This document shows, piece by piece, positions 35,224 to 48,940 of a DNA stretch of 64,000 nucleotides. The notes beneath the pieces are model-generated. The model was not told the DNA's origin, did not search any database, and worked only from the letters and a program-made list of their open reading frames with translations. The stretch is taken from NCBI GenBank assembly GCA_030704615.1, contig CM060733.1, positions 23,994,001-24,058,000 of the forward strand, written 5' to 3'. Every line of letters begins with the position of its first letter. Positions within the stretch are counted from its first letter, which is position 1. The translations under genes were made by a program, and so were the position numbers. This DNA is from Takakia lepidozioides (Eukaryota; Plantae; Bryophyta).

Positions 35224-36832
35224 AACGATGTTTTTCTGGAAAGGTGACTTGCTTCATTCCTCGGTTATTTGATGAAATACTAAGAGAATACTTGTGTAAC
35301 CTTAGCAACAGCTCACTATAACTTAAAGAGAGGTACTTCCCATAATAACATTACACCGAGTTGTAAAACAACAAAGGTTGTAAAATACATGTAAGAAAGC
35401 AACACTCACATGAGATAGAGAGAAAAGCAAAAAGCAAAAAGCATAGTAGAAAGCATGAGGCAGGGCATAAAAAATACCAAATGTGTATTATAAAAAGTTC
35501 CAAACATGTTTCACTCCGCGAAGGAGATCATCATTGGAATGCTTCAAGTGAGTACAAATGGGGGTATATATATACCCAAACTATCATGCCTCGATAGGTG
35601 GAAAGAAGGAAAAAAGCCTCGGTAGGTGGTAAAAGATTGCTAGGATCTTTTGGGGTATGGGGTTTAGGATACCCGTCCGGTAATTCAAAAGAATATTCCA
35701 TATGGAGTCCTAATAAGATTGCTAGTCTCAATGGGAGGTGATATAGAAAACCACGCCTGGTAGAAAGTGGAAGTGTTAGCCATGGTGGGCTAGAGAAAAA
35801 TCATGATTTGAGGCTATGCCACATTAGGCTACAATCATGGTACATAGTGTTAAAACTAACCTTGTTAGCTAGAATAATATACTAGGTACAAGAAACATGA
35901 AAGTATTCATGTCTCCTTGTAAGCCGATGTGCTCCACTCGATCGGTGAAGAACTCGCAACCTCTGAAGATGGAGTTGCGGCCGCATAGTGTTGTGCCTCA
36001 ATAACATATAGTGTCACCTTGTAGACATGAGGTCTCTCAATAGATTATAAGGATCTTTGAGGCATGGGATTTAGTGCCCTTAAGGTAATCCAAAAAGAAT
36101 AATCCATTAGGGGTCCAAAAAACCTTGTGAAAGGGGATGAGTTTATTGCTTAAGGTCTCTTGATGGTAATTCGAAAGAATATTCCAAAAGGAGTCTAAAT
36201 AAACTTCATAAGGACATAGAAGAAGTATATACCTATGAAATGTGGTGTAAAAGAGCAAGAAAATTCAAAAATTCTTATGATAAAAGAATGTGGAATGATT
36301 GTTCTTGATGGTATGTCTTGGCGTTGATCCTCCTGTAGGCCTCATGGCCCATAAATGAAAGGGGGTTAATTTTTCCCCCTCCTCAAGGGCCTGAATGGTG
36401 GGCTGTCGCTGCCAGGTTTTCTTTTCCTTCTTTTTTTTCTTTTTTTTTTTTTTTTTTTTTCAAAGGTGGAATTTAGCTCTGACAACAGTTTGACCAGTTT
36501 GGTATTTTAGTCAATAATCTCATCATGAATTTACCATTTATTCAATATCATGATTTACCATTTGAATTTACCATTTATTCATTGGTTGAATTATTCATGA
36601 AATTACCTCATCCAACTTATCATTGGTTTATAAAACACTTTAGAGAACTCAGGGTTGTTGGAGATGTCCTCATGGAGTTAAATCTACTTCAAGACATCTC
36701 CTAATGCCAAAGTTTGTGTATAAGGGGAATACACTAGCTTTAGAACGTTAGGAACATGAGAATCTATAGGTTTGATAATAATGGATTCATCTATTTAAGG
36801 ATGAGGTAAAAGTGTGGTAAATCGAGCGCGTA

Positions 36833-36968
36833 CTTGATCTCCGTTAGCAAGCTGCCCCCAATTACCGAAGCCTCCTTCCCCCAACTTGTTGTCGTAGTTG
36901 AAGTTGTTTGTGGCTGTAGCTCTCTCAACGAAAATATGCACCACGTGCTGCTCTTCTTCCCTTCAACT
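36833..36968 (-). pseudogene. Receptor-like cytoplasmic kinase exon fragment
   Basis: WCIFSLREL..ATNNFNYDNKLGEGGFG (kinase subdomain I), with frameshifts. Confidence 0.7.
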
Positions 36969-37619
36969 GGCCTACATACAAGACCACATTTGCATAAACA
37001 AAGGCTCAGTTAGTGAGAAGTAAGAGTTTTCAGATCACAAAGGATTGTGGCAGAGTTCAGACGTTTTAACAAACCACTACAAGATCCTTTTTGGAGAGGG
37101 ACTGATACTAGACTAAACAGGAAAAAGAAGGGGTTGACAAATTTGAACACCACGGCCAGCACAAGGGTAGGTTTTCAGCTCATTATTGGTGAAGCACACC
37201 ACTCAATGCAGAGGTCTGTCAGTGGGAGGCCCACATTCTACTGGCCATCTGAATGTGGGTTGATTACAGCTCCAGATCACAACGTTCCCTGAAGATGATA
37301 ATCAAGGTTAGATGCATACTTCAAATAAATAAGCTTGAAACGTGTATGAGAAAGAAGGACGGAAACTTTCTACAGTCATGAAATATATTTCAAGTTCAAA
37401 CCCATGGCAGTGCATGACCCTTCTGATAGCGTTAAACTGACTTTCCCCTCTCAACTAGAAGTTAATCTGATGAAGGCCCCATGGTATGTTAAGAGTATAA
37501 GAATCTCAATAGCTTGTAAGCTTTACTTTCTAAGCTTCTTGGGCTTTGACCAACAAGAATTTGACCCAGTAGTTTGTTAGCATTATTTTCGTGGATGGCA
37601 AGTGCTCAAGTCCTATGCC

Positions 37620-38050
37620 CTCATGAGGGGATGATACAGGAAGGGACAAAACCCAACGAGGTCACTTTTGTTTGCATTCTTAATTGTGCCAGCCTAGCAA
37701 CCCTGGAGAAGGGCAAACAGGTCTATTATGAGATCATGAAATCTGGAATTATGCCAGATGTCAAAACAAAACATTTCGAAGAATTTGTCAACTTCCAATG
37801 TGGAAGAATTGCTTGTCTTAGCAACATGAATGACTCTAGTTGACTGCTTTGATGTAGACTGTACTTGAGACATGGCAAGTCTGCGGAACAACTCACCTTA
37901 TGACGAACTGACAGCATAGTGAGCAAGTATTGGGAGTGACAAAGGCCAAGTCACAATTGCAAGCCCAATATTGAGGGATTTCAAACACCTATTTTCTCGA
38001 ACAATCGCATGCATACTGAGAAGTTGGCCATTGCTTTTCAGCTGATCAGA
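37620..38050 (+). pseudogene. PPR and DYW fragments
   Basis: EGTKPNEVTFVCILNCASLATLEKGKQV and HTEKLAIAFQLI. Confidence 0.7.
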
Positions 38051-40839
38051 CTAGGGAAACCTCGAAATCCCGGGTTCGTGGCACACTCATATATTTATCT
38101 TTGTATGGTGTTTCAAAGACCGGGACTCTGCAGTGGAAGGTTTGCTGCAACACCATCTACACAATTTCTCTTTTTGTTGCAAGTGGGGCTGTATGGCAGC
38201 CCCTCCCCCATGCATAGGAAGCCTGGTGATGCTTCTCATAGGCCTAGACGCCATCGTCCCACCTACACTTCCCTTCTTTTCATAGGAGGTACTACAATGT
38301 CCCTATTTTACATTATGTATTTGATTTGTCTCTCCCTGACACACCCAATACATAAACAGAGTATATAAGTTTCCCACTACCCCAAGGATGCTCTGAAAGA
38401 CTGAGTCTTCCTCCCACCAATAGAAATTCAAATTATTTCAAAAGCGGCAACACGATACAAAATCAGAATAGGCTTGTCAAAACAAGCGAGAAGAAAATGT
38501 GGGTGTGTGGTGTGAAAGGACGGGCCTACACAAAAGCCCTAGTTACTAACTTTCTTACCCTCTCTCATTCCCCGACACCTGCTACCCTGCAGCGGAAGAG
38601 AAAAGGAAACAGGCGCGGGTCGCCTTACGTCGACGAGATAAACAATTGCATATGTCAGGGGTATGTCGTTGTTGTAGCGGAAGCATCAAGGTAGGGTGAC
38701 AGGCCTATGGGGTTGTCCTCAGATGCTAGGACCCAGTATTTCACCATTTCATTATGAGGCCACTGGCTTCAATCAGCCCTTATCCACCTCTCATTCGTTT
38801 CTTTTTCCTCTCTCTCTCAATCATTTTATCCTTCCCTCATTGCTTTGTCCTGCAAGTAATCCAACAGGAACCAGACCAGCACCCTAACGTCACCACATTG
38901 GCTGATCGTGCACCCAAGAATGTCATGGAATTCCGAACAACACCTGCTGTCCAAGAGAATAACAAGTACCCATTCACCAACAGCTCTAAGATACGAGCTT
39001 ACAAGCACCTAATGCATGATGCAACGATGGAAATAAGAAAAAAACCAGAGAATGCCTAAGTGTGCATGAATTGGAAACTCAAAAGTAGAGAGCGAATGCC
39101 CATTGCCTAGCGCAGTGGGTTACAAATCCAGGTCCAACCATCATGATCATCCTCCTCTCAGAGTTGGGCAAATGCCGCCATCCTACATCTTCACATCTCT
39201 CATGCATCACCACTAAAGGTCTGAACTACCACAGTACAGCTCCCTCACATCCCCAAAAACGGAACAGTATGGAAGGGAATTCTCCTTCAACTACATCAGA
39301 ATCAAGCCTCCTCCATGCTGGGCCTCCTCATTGTCACCCACAACTCATGAAAAAAGTGTTATTAGTAACTCGATAAAGTATATAAAACTCAATTTAATGA
39401 ATGAAAATGTTTAAAAACTCTCATTCTAGCTTCTCCATCATAAGAGCAACGGAGGCTCAAGTCCCTTACTCCAATTATGTTGAAAAATCTAGAAAACAAT
39501 GAATCCATAACACTACTTTTTATGGACTAAAATAAAAACTACGAACTTTTTCAATAAGTCCATCACCTCTAAAGGTAACAATTTTTGGTGGCAAGTCTTG
39601 GAAGGTAAATACCAGTGTTGGGCGGTTACCAGCTTGGACCCCAGTTAACCGCCGGTTCAGGTTCAGGTTAACCGGAACCAGACCCATCCCTCTGAAGGAC
39701 CGGACCTGGAACCGGAACCGGCCAATAGGCAGAACCGAACTGGCGGTTCCTGCTGGGATTCACACGTGCAACAACCGGTGCCTGGGGTCATCCCTCATCT
39801 CCATCTCTACCTTCCAAGGAAAGTCTGGTGGAGTCGCAAAAGCTACTATCCGGTGCCACCACTTCGCATATATCCTAGGAGCCTTGTCACGCTCATAAAA
39901 CCTCGCCGCCCTTTCCTGCTGCTCAATGCTCCTGCCTCAGCTCTGCTGATTCCCGTCAGACACCATGCTGACACAAAAACAGGATGCAGCCTCTTGGGCT
40001 GTAAATACTAACTGCCGAATATAAAGAAAGCGCCACAACACCTCCTTCAAAACCCTTACGCATACACCTCATGCTTGAAGCCCTGGTATGATCACTCCCC
40101 CTCTTGCGTAGCCCGCGTCTATGCTAGAAACAACTAGACTGATAGCCCGAACGTCGCATAGAGATGCGGAATTCATCCACGGTATTTCTCATCCGGCAAG
40201 GTTATGCAAGATGATAACCCGCAATTTCATCCATAGAAATCAACCAACAGATTCCATCAAGGGACTTAGCCAAAAACGCACCCAGGCTACTAACCCTTAA
40301 GTGCATTAAAAAAATAAAAAATAAAAAACATGACACAAGAATTTGCACCACAGGTGCGTAAGGCCAGATGACTTACATTTGGCAAGCAACATTGAGAAGA
40401 TGAAGGACAATGTTCTGAAAATGAACTCCACGCTTCTTTGACAGTTCGATGACTAAAAGCTGAAGACTACTACCTCAGATGGTTTTTGAGGTTTGGTACA
40501 ACCCATAAGCTACCATTACTCTGAAGTTGTGGAACTCATGTCGGACAGGAAGTATTCTGTGATTGGAAAGCACTTTGTAGGCATGTCTGTCAAGCTTGCA
40601 GGGTCAGATGTTCTACTTCCTTGGGTAGGGATGTCCAAGAATCTGGGACACCAAATGACAGCAGCTTTGTCTTGACCAAAGACTGTTGGTGTGCAGGCAA
40701 CCTCTGAGCTCAAGATGATGCAATCATGAGCTATTCAAGGAGATGCAGTCCATGAGTCTGGCAGCCTTGGACAAGGGCAAAGAGGTGCATGGGGATATCA
40801 TCAAAGCTGGAATTGTACCAGATGTCATTCTTCACACAA

Positions 40840-41060
40840 CCGATAACCAATCCATTCATTGGTTGCATTGTTGGGAAAGTCCATGCGTAGACTAGAATCC
40901 ACATGTTCAATGTTGGCCAGGGAAAACTGTTATTGCTGCCCAAAGCATCTGATAGTCACAAGCCCAACAATTGTCTCTGAAAAGTGATGGATGACTGGTG
41001 CCTTTGTTATACCATCCACCCTTGTCAACTCTCTTGATGTTGCAATGAAATATACCTGCA
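40840..41060 (-). pseudogene. ABCC/MRP transporter exon fragment
   Basis: [37 protein letters not shown]...LRMDFPNNATNEWIGYR is typical of TMD2 of plant ABCC proteins. Confidence 0.8.
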
Positions 41061-41119
41061 ATAGGCATTGATAAGAAGTTAGCTTTACTTCCATGTCAGT
41101 TGCTAACAACAAGACAATG

Positions 41120-41670
41120 ATGTATGCATGATTTATGCAGAGGCATGGACAGCTGAAGGAGTAGGGATAGAGGGGAGGTCCAGATTCATCTAAGAGGGTC
41201 GGGTTTCAAGCTCCAGATTACGTATCATTCCCTGTGGAAGGACAAGTACAAGAAACAGATGGTCAACTGGAAGCCGCATCAGCAGTGGCACAAATGATAA
41301 AATCACGCATTGCTAATGAAGGCACCTTCTTCAACACATTTCACCCTGTTTTTCCCTCTTAACAGAGTCAGTCCTAAATTTTCATGTTGAATTCTGCAAG
41401 TTAGCTAGTTGACTGAACCATTGATAGTTTGGAGTAATTGACATGATACTGCCAATGTGACAACAAGAAAATATCCAAAAACATGTAATATTGACGAGGG
41501 GAACTGTGGAATGAATACTTTTCTGACTCCAGTTAATGGTGGGACAATCGAGGCAAAAAGGTGAATGCCTGTTGGATTACAGAGAGTAGCATATGCAATT
41601 GAGCATAAGAACTAGTGTGATAAGTTGAGTTCCATGTTCAATTCTGCAAGTTAGCTGGTTGAGCGAATCT
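41120..41670 (+). pseudogene. Decayed PDF-motif exons of the PDF-PPR family (a PPR piece lies at 40745-40830)
   Basis: Aligns with 32450-32640 and 31990-32260; includes S*WWDNRGKK followed by a GT donor. Confidence 0.75.
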
Positions 41671-44138
41671 AGTTTATAGGCCCCCCCCCCCCGAAAGGAG
41701 GCAGTAGCCGCAGGGCGAAGTGGCTTTTAGTTACACCGGCTTCGGCCGGAGTCTTCTCTCTCTAGTCTAGAGGGGGGCGGATAACTCGTGAACGTGAGCG
41801 GTGAGCAGCTGGCTCGGGTCGGGCTCGGTTCCGAGAATATTCTGAGAATATTTATTGGAATATCTTAATAATACTAACAAAAATATTCAAATATGCCAGA
41901 AACATCCTATAAATATTCTGAAAATATGCCAAGAATACCCTAAGAATATATGAATATACCTATAATATACCTACAATATTCGAATATGCCAAGAATACCT
42001 TTTCTGGCATTGAGTGTTTGGGCTGCATCTTTGAATATTTCTGTGGCAATTTTGTATGCTTTATTTCCGTGGATTCAACATTTTCTATATGAATTCGTAG
42101 TTCAGCGCAGAACTACGAGGTTCGGGTTTTCCTTCGGTTTAGGTTCGGGTTAGGTTCTTGTGCATTATGAGGATCAGAAATGCTTGGCAGCTTACCTGCA
42201 CAAGGCCTTGACCCTTAGGCAATCCCCAAAGAAGTAGTAGGTTTTGGGTTGTTTTTTTACTTTGGTCTTGTCACATCTCTCTTGTTTTTTTCCATTTTGT
42301 CCCATAATTTTTTTGAGCTTTCCGCAGACTAAATAAAGTACCATTTTGTTTCATGGCATGTCTTTCATCGTTTTTGCATTTCTACTGACATGATTAGTTC
42401 TCTTGTATGGCATTACATGCGTATGTACTAGTCTGCTCACAATAAACACCAAAACTTCAAAGCATGAACCACTATGAATGATTGCTCAAGTAATTTCGTG
42501 TACTTCATTTAAAGTAGTAAACCAATGGTTGCGTCGTCTTCCACAGTCGCAGTTGCCACTGGGCATGTAGCACTGCAAGTTATATGTGGTCGACTACCAC
42601 GTGGCGCCCCGGGCCCGTGGCGATGTGGCAGCAATGCTGCTCGTCGCGGCGCTGCCACGTCGTCGTCCACGTGTCACCGCGGTCCGGTGAGTCAATCCAC
42701 TCATCCGGAGGAAAAGGTCAAAGTCAGCCCAAAAGGTGGTCCGGTTCCGGATCGAACTTTTAAACATAGGGGCGGTTCCGGTTACCGGTTAGTTGCTGAA
42801 AAAATCCACCAATTCACAGTTAGATTCCGGTTCTAATTTTTTTAAATAATTTAATTAGATTTAAAATATTTTATCAGTCTGGGAGATTAGTTGGTACATT
42901 AAATAAAAGTGTATTAAAATCCATGGATTCTATTAGTTTTCATTAAAACAAAAAATAAATAAAAAATAAAATCAAACAAAATACTCTAAACAAACCTGTA
43001 GAAGAAAATGGATAAATTGAAACTACTAATATAATTGAGCTATCTTAATGTATTGGCATATGCTAACAATTTGATTAATGAACTTAGGACTCTCAAGGAT
43101 TGAACCAGGATTTCATGGAGCTGGAGATTGAACCTAGGATCTAATGGCGTTGAAGCATTGAATAGCATTGAATCGAGCATCTCTGGGAGCTTGAGAGCAT
43201 TAAAGAGGTTTAGCCATGGCCCCTCCAAGTGAGGGATTACTCTATGTTATGCCAAGGGCCGACCAATGGTTTTGGGAGAACCCAAGAACCGGAACCTGTT
43301 TTTACAAGCATATAATTGACTGATTAGTAAAAGCTGTCACTATAGCTAGGGAACATGACTCACCTATACACGTGGCACAATATGAGTGGCTGAAAAATGC
43401 GTGGTACCAGCTACGTGGGATATACAATCATGGACACTTTTTGACTCAATCTCTTCGTCTTTAGTTTAGCGAAGTCCTACATGTGCGAGCTTGCATGATT
43501 ATGTGTAGGAGCTAAGTCCTAAAATGTGTGGTTTGTATTGTGTGTGTGATCTTTGTAGGTGGTTGAGCTAGCTTTTCTCATACATAGAAGAGTCTGTTGT
43601 CACTCACCGCAACATAACTAGGGTTTTGTAGATTTTGAGAGTTGGTGGATAGTGGTGCAACGACTATGTTTGGTCGCGGCTTGATGAGAATATGGTAAGG
43701 CTGAAGGGCAGCGCTTTGGAGTAGAAGACAACTTGTCCATCTTGCAAATGTCGGCTCTTGATCCCGTATCATGGTTTGATATTTTTCTTGGTATTTACAA
43801 GATTCTTGGGAGGGTCAACTTGGTCTTAGGAAGCCGAGTTTCTCTGGCAAATGCCTGCTCAGCTGCACCAAAATTCTTGCGTTTGAAGAACAGTTTTGCT
43901 CCTTTTATTCTCAATAATTCCCCCGTTTATATTTGGGCTATCATTTTTTCGGATTCACTCAGACTTAATGTCTGAAGCCAAAAACACATGGGTCGTGCTA
44001 TGTGCAGATCTTTCCTAATGCAAGGTGATCTGGCGAAGGCAACTTGAGACAACTCGTGGGAAAAAAGCATTTAAATCCTCTTCTCGAGATCAAGCGTCTC
44101 AGGAATTAAATGGAATGACTCCATCCCACCTAGTTGGA

Positions 44139-45050
44139 ATTCTTTGTTTTGTGGATTCGAATATTTTTTGTATTTTTAGATCAACAAATTTAGATTTTTA
44201 GAAGGTTGTTGATCTATGCGGAGATCAAAGTCCTCCACCGGCAACTTTACTACCAACTACTACAACCTGATCTCAATTATATATATGTCTGGGCACTCGA
44301 TGGTTACAATAGAATGCTTCTTCCTGACAACAGCTGTTGGTTTGGTCTATTTAGGGTTGCACTGGATACAAAGCAGGACAAATTTGAGCTCAACTGTGTG
44401 AACCGGAAAGAGCTACTTCAGTTGATTCTTTAAAGAACTTCTCTAAGAAGTTCAACCTTGACATTTTGAAATATTCGAAAGAGTGAGTGCTCGCATGGTT
44501 GCCCAGACGGGGCATGGCTTCCATGGAGAGCCAACGTTAGAGATATTCTCGAGGAAAATGGAGGGGGAGGGGACGCAATTGGGGACCCAGAGTAGAAGGA
44601 ACTCCTACTACTAATGTGGCCTCTGCCATTGAGCATTTTTAATGGTTTTCAGTGACAAAAATCACTTGAAATCCAATATTTCTCTCTCGTTTGGTCCTAA
44701 AATGATAAAACCAATGCGATGCATCCATCCTCATCAAGGGCTTTCCAACAGTACCAAGAGTGCAAGGGGAGGCCCCGTGGTTTGGGAAATCTCTACGTAG
44801 CATAAAAAACAAACAAAACAAACAAACCAGACTATAGTCTTGAGAAATACAGATACATGTATAGTATTCTTTGTTTTGTTGTGGTTTCAAATATTTTTGG
44901 TATTTTTAGATTAACAAAATTAAGATTTTTAGAAGGTTGTTGATTTATGCGGATATCAAAGTTCTCCACCGACAACTTTACTACCAACTACTGCAACCTA
45001 ATCTCAAGTATATATATGTCCCCGCTTGAAGGTTGCAACAGAATCCTTCA
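44139..45050 (+). repeat. Two ~180-bp direct repeats (44139-44320 and 44867-45050); the second lies upstream of the KP4-like gene and contains TATATATA
   Basis: Direct visual alignment. Confidence 0.75.
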
Positions 45051-45118
45051 AACTCGCAACCAAACAACCACATGCGACCTCCTCGTAATACTTCTTTGTT
45101 TTACCATTGCATTTCATC

Positions 45119-45548
45119 ATGGCACTACATTCATCAGTTGTGCTCATTCTCATAGACTTGAGCATTCAAGGCGGTGTTGTGGCACTCGGCATCAATTGCC
45201 GCGGCAGCTCCGATTACAATAATGCGGGGAACCATGGAACACTGCAATAGTTGGTGACCGTCATCAACGATATAAACCCCAATCGCTTTTACAACAATAA
45301 AAAACAAATTACATGCAACGCTTTCGAGGGACAATTCATTGTGTCTTCTGCAAAAGGTCGGGCGGCACTCCTGGCTACTCGATGAAGACCTTGATTCAAC
45401 AACTTGCAGATCACAGTTGTAAGGTCTGTGGAGTATTCCATTTTTCTATCCATAAGACAACATTGTTGCCGACGAGATGCTGACCGTCAACACAATCGAT
45501 TTTGGCTGCAATTATAATGGCAATGCCAATAACGTCGACCTATGCTAA
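45119..45548 (+). pseudogene. KP4 killer-toxin-like secreted protein pseudogene
   Basis: Signal peptide MALHSSVVLILI.., then ALGINCRGSS, INPNRFYNNKKQITC, GYSMKTLIQQLADHSCKVCG and MLTVN; one TAG plus frameshifts. Confidence 0.8.
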
Positions 45549-46649
45549 GTGCAAAGCAAATCTCTTGAAGCGAACACGGTGACAATGATATGAATATAGC
45601 AAAAGTCTTTAGGGGGTGATTGCAGCCTACAGTGTCCATTTTTTGACGTCGCCGTGTCATTTTTCTTATACGTAGTTTATCGGTATTGGTCCATAATCCT
45701 AAATTTAAAAGAGACTCATAATGCTGCACTTAACTACGTGTATTATCTACCTTCCAAGACTTGTCACCAAAAATTGTTACCTTTAGAAGTGATGGACTTA
45801 TTGAAAAAGTTCGTAGCTTTTGTTATAGTCCATAAAAAGTAGTGTTATGGACTCATTATTTTCTAGATTTTTCAACATAATTGGAATAAGGGACTTGACC
45901 CATCCCCTTCGAAATGACAATATCTCACCAATAGACGTTCCACATGATATAATGCAAGTGAATCCACTTTTTGGCTATGTTTTATAATTTATTTATTTTT
46001 AATCTTATGTACTTTTGTATTTTGTATTTTGTATTTTGTATTTTTCTGGAAAATAGCAGGAAATAGCCATATATTCTGTTCATTCATTGAAATTTGGGTA
46101 GGGTCATCCTCATACATACTTTCATCCATTAATATCATCCATATTGCACAAATTCATCCTTTTTTATTTTTTATTTGGAGAAATTTGGAGATTAATTCAT
46201 TCTTGAAATAACAGCATTTGCGACAAAACAATTTATTAATTTATATCCTGCTTCAAGAATACATGCAGTTGGCATCTTTGGTACGTTACCACGGATATCA
46301 ACTTACCGGAGGACTTTTGCTACATTCATCCGTGTTCGTTTGAGAAGATTTCACTACAACAAAATGCGAGATTTTTTACTGTCTGTTTCATTGCCAAAAT
46401 AGTCGAAAGTACCATTTTTACCAAAAAACCAGATAGTGACAAAGGATGAGTCGATTCGATGCAGTGAAGTAGGAAAGACAGTCGAACCGCCCCGATAAAC
46501 AAAGGGAAAACCGGCCAGAAGGCCACCCCGGATATTGGAGAATGAACAGGATGTCACCTTACCACGACAATTGAGAAAGGATCGACGTTAATTACCTCGG
46601 CCAAAGTTGTAGGCGGAATGGCAATACACCTAGGAGGAGCACAACATCA

Positions 46650-46820
46650 CGCTTCAAAACTGACGATGGCAAAGTATAAGGAAGGGGACGACCCCGACTC
46701 ACACATTAGGCTTTTTGAAGCCATCTGTGAGGCAAATGGAGATTGGACGGATCTGGCAAAACTTGCCCTATTTCCTTGTTCATTACGAAAGGGACAGTTT
46801 GATTGGTGGATGCGATTTTG
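46650..46820 (+). mobile_element. Ty3/gypsy gag fragment
   Basis: KYKEGDDPDSHIRLFEAICEANG...LALFPCSLR...WW. Confidence 0.65.
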
Positions 46821-47756
46821 TGTCGGTGCAAATATTTTACCATGGTGGAGCCCACCAAATGTAGATAGATGGGTTAGGGATTGTAAAATGTTTCACTACC
46901 CATATAGTGAACACTTCACTACAAGAGCCACATGTCAGATAATCACATAAATTATGATGGTGATTATCAACACACTGAGTAGTTTATACATTCACTATTC
47001 AGTCAGCACTGAAAATTCATGGATCACTATATAGTGGTATCAAATCACTAGGAATGAAGAATATATTCCACTACTATACGTGAACATATAGTGATGTAGC
47101 CATGTGTCACAATCTTATTTGGTGAGAAAGAATATATGAATACTACAAATAGTGTGTATTTTCACTATGTGGTATAGAGTTGCAGTTTTGTGTAGTACTA
47201 TATAGTGAATTGGGAGTATAGAGTTCTAGTTTTTGTGCAACGGAGTCTAGAGTTCTAGTTTTGTGTAGTACTACAAAGTGAATTTTGGGAGGTTGCACGT
47301 GTAGGGAAAGAACACATCACAATGATTAAGAAAATATTTCACTACACATTAACTGAATAGTGGGAGCTAAACAATAAAGCCGTTTGACCACACATGCATG
47401 GGTGAAACATACAACTGTCCACAATCTATGAGTTTCTCACTATAGCTATATATTTCACTCCATAACACTTATCACAACTTTGCAAATCACTACAATGGAA
47501 GACAATAGTGACAAATGCGACCATGTAGTCGATAATAAAACCGTGTAAATATTTTATTTACAACCATTTTGTAGCAATACTCCGCAAATACAAGAGATCC
47601 CAAATTCCTAAATTTGAACATTCATGCAAGCTCTCTAGGCTTCAAGTCTTGAAGACAGCCGTATGTGGACTAAACCTGGCAAAACCATGGTAGTCTGTAA
47701 CTTCCCATAGATGGTTGGAAAAGAAAAAGCATGGTTAAATATCAGCAAAAATTAAC

Positions 47757-47885
47757 TCACCGCAAAATCACGAAGGTCATAGTGGCATGAAGTGACAATG
47801 TCATCCACGCCCTGTTGTTGCGCGGCCTCTGTGAGCATACGTAGCCGCCCTTCATTTACATCCACTGCTATAACCCCTGCTTGTC
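47757..47885 (-). pseudogene. RsmB/NOL1/Sun RNA m5C methyltransferase exon fragment
   Basis: GVIAVDVNEGRLRMLTEAAQQQGV...DLRDFA followed by a GT donor. Confidence 0.6.
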
Positions 47886-48599
47886 CCACCACATGCCACA
47901 CCATTCTCACTAAGGAATCTTTGCTCCTCATTCTTAAATTGCTTACTAACTCCTTCTTGAAATGACTAGTCAATATATATGATGTTTTGGTGAGCCCATG
48001 TATATAGGCTATGCACATCTTCTGTCACACAAATACTCGGGGGATTGCTATTCCATAAGCCCATGAACGGGCAAGCATGAGTCATGAGCCGGAATGGGAC
48101 ACACTGTTAACCGCTGATTCGTGACTTAGACAAAATGGGCTTTCAAAAGGGCGGCGCACACAATAGAGGTTGTCAGACGGTATATCTTCAGAACGATTAC
48201 GTAGTAATTGTTAGTGCGTGACAGTTCCACGAATCAACGTCCCTGCTGCTATAGTCCTTGGACTGGTCACAATGATAGGAGTTTAGACGAAGCTATATCA
48301 CTATAGCTGCGACTAAGTCCTATCTGTGCATACCTGAAGGTAGTACACTATGCTGCTACTACAACTAAGTTATATTCAGAGATGGTGCATATTCTCTCTA
48401 TCTCACGTTCTCTCTACATAGAAGTACTTGGGAAAACAAGCGTGACATAAAATATGATGAAATTACACCCCATTATAAAAGAAGATCACATGGCTTCAAC
48501 GAATAGGTAGGACTGTCAACTGCTGACCTATGCTGCATATTGCAAACAAGACGACACCATTTTCAGCGGCAATTGCCCAAAAAAAACAAAAAAAACATC

Positions 48600-48940
48600 C
48601 CCGAAAGTGGTGTGCGGCAACGCACAACACTTTCAGTGGCATCTGCGGGCAAAAAACCCCCCCAAAAAACCCTAAAAAAAACCCTTGAAAGTGGTGTGCG
48701 GTGCCGCACACCACTTTCAGTGGCATCTGCCGGGGGGGGGGGGGACCCTAAAAAAACATAAAAAACCCCCAAAAAAGAAAAAAAAACCACTGAAAAGGGG
48801 TGTGCGGCACGGCACACCTCTTTCAGTGGCACCGCTCACTGAAACAAAACCCTAAAATAACCCCAAAAATTGAAAAAACAAATCCTGAAAAGGGGTGTGC
48901 GGTGCCCTAAACCCCTAAACCCTAAACCCTTTCAGTGGCA
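48600..48940. repeat. Four palindromic ~38-bp units with A/C-rich spacers; the last contains CCCTAAA repeats
   Basis: GAAAGTGGTGTGCGG..CGCACACCACTTTCAGTGGC-like units at ~48603, 48687, 48790 and 48887. Confidence 0.75.

Larger units (their letters stand above)
39455..45900. mobile_element. Segment bounded by ~155-bp inverted repeats (Pack-MULE-like candidate)
   Basis: 39455-39611 is a near-identical reverse complement of 45744-45900. The interior holds ABCC, PPR, PDF and KP4 fragments. No TSD identified. Confidence 0.5.

Noticed and set aside
39613-39790. hAT-like end (CAGTGTT plus AACCGG subterminal repeats)
   Set aside because: No matching opposite terminus or 8-bp TSD found.
48600-48940. 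CRISPR-like array
   Set aside because: Repeats are degenerate, spacers are low-complexity A/C runs, the context is eukaryotic and no cas genes are present.
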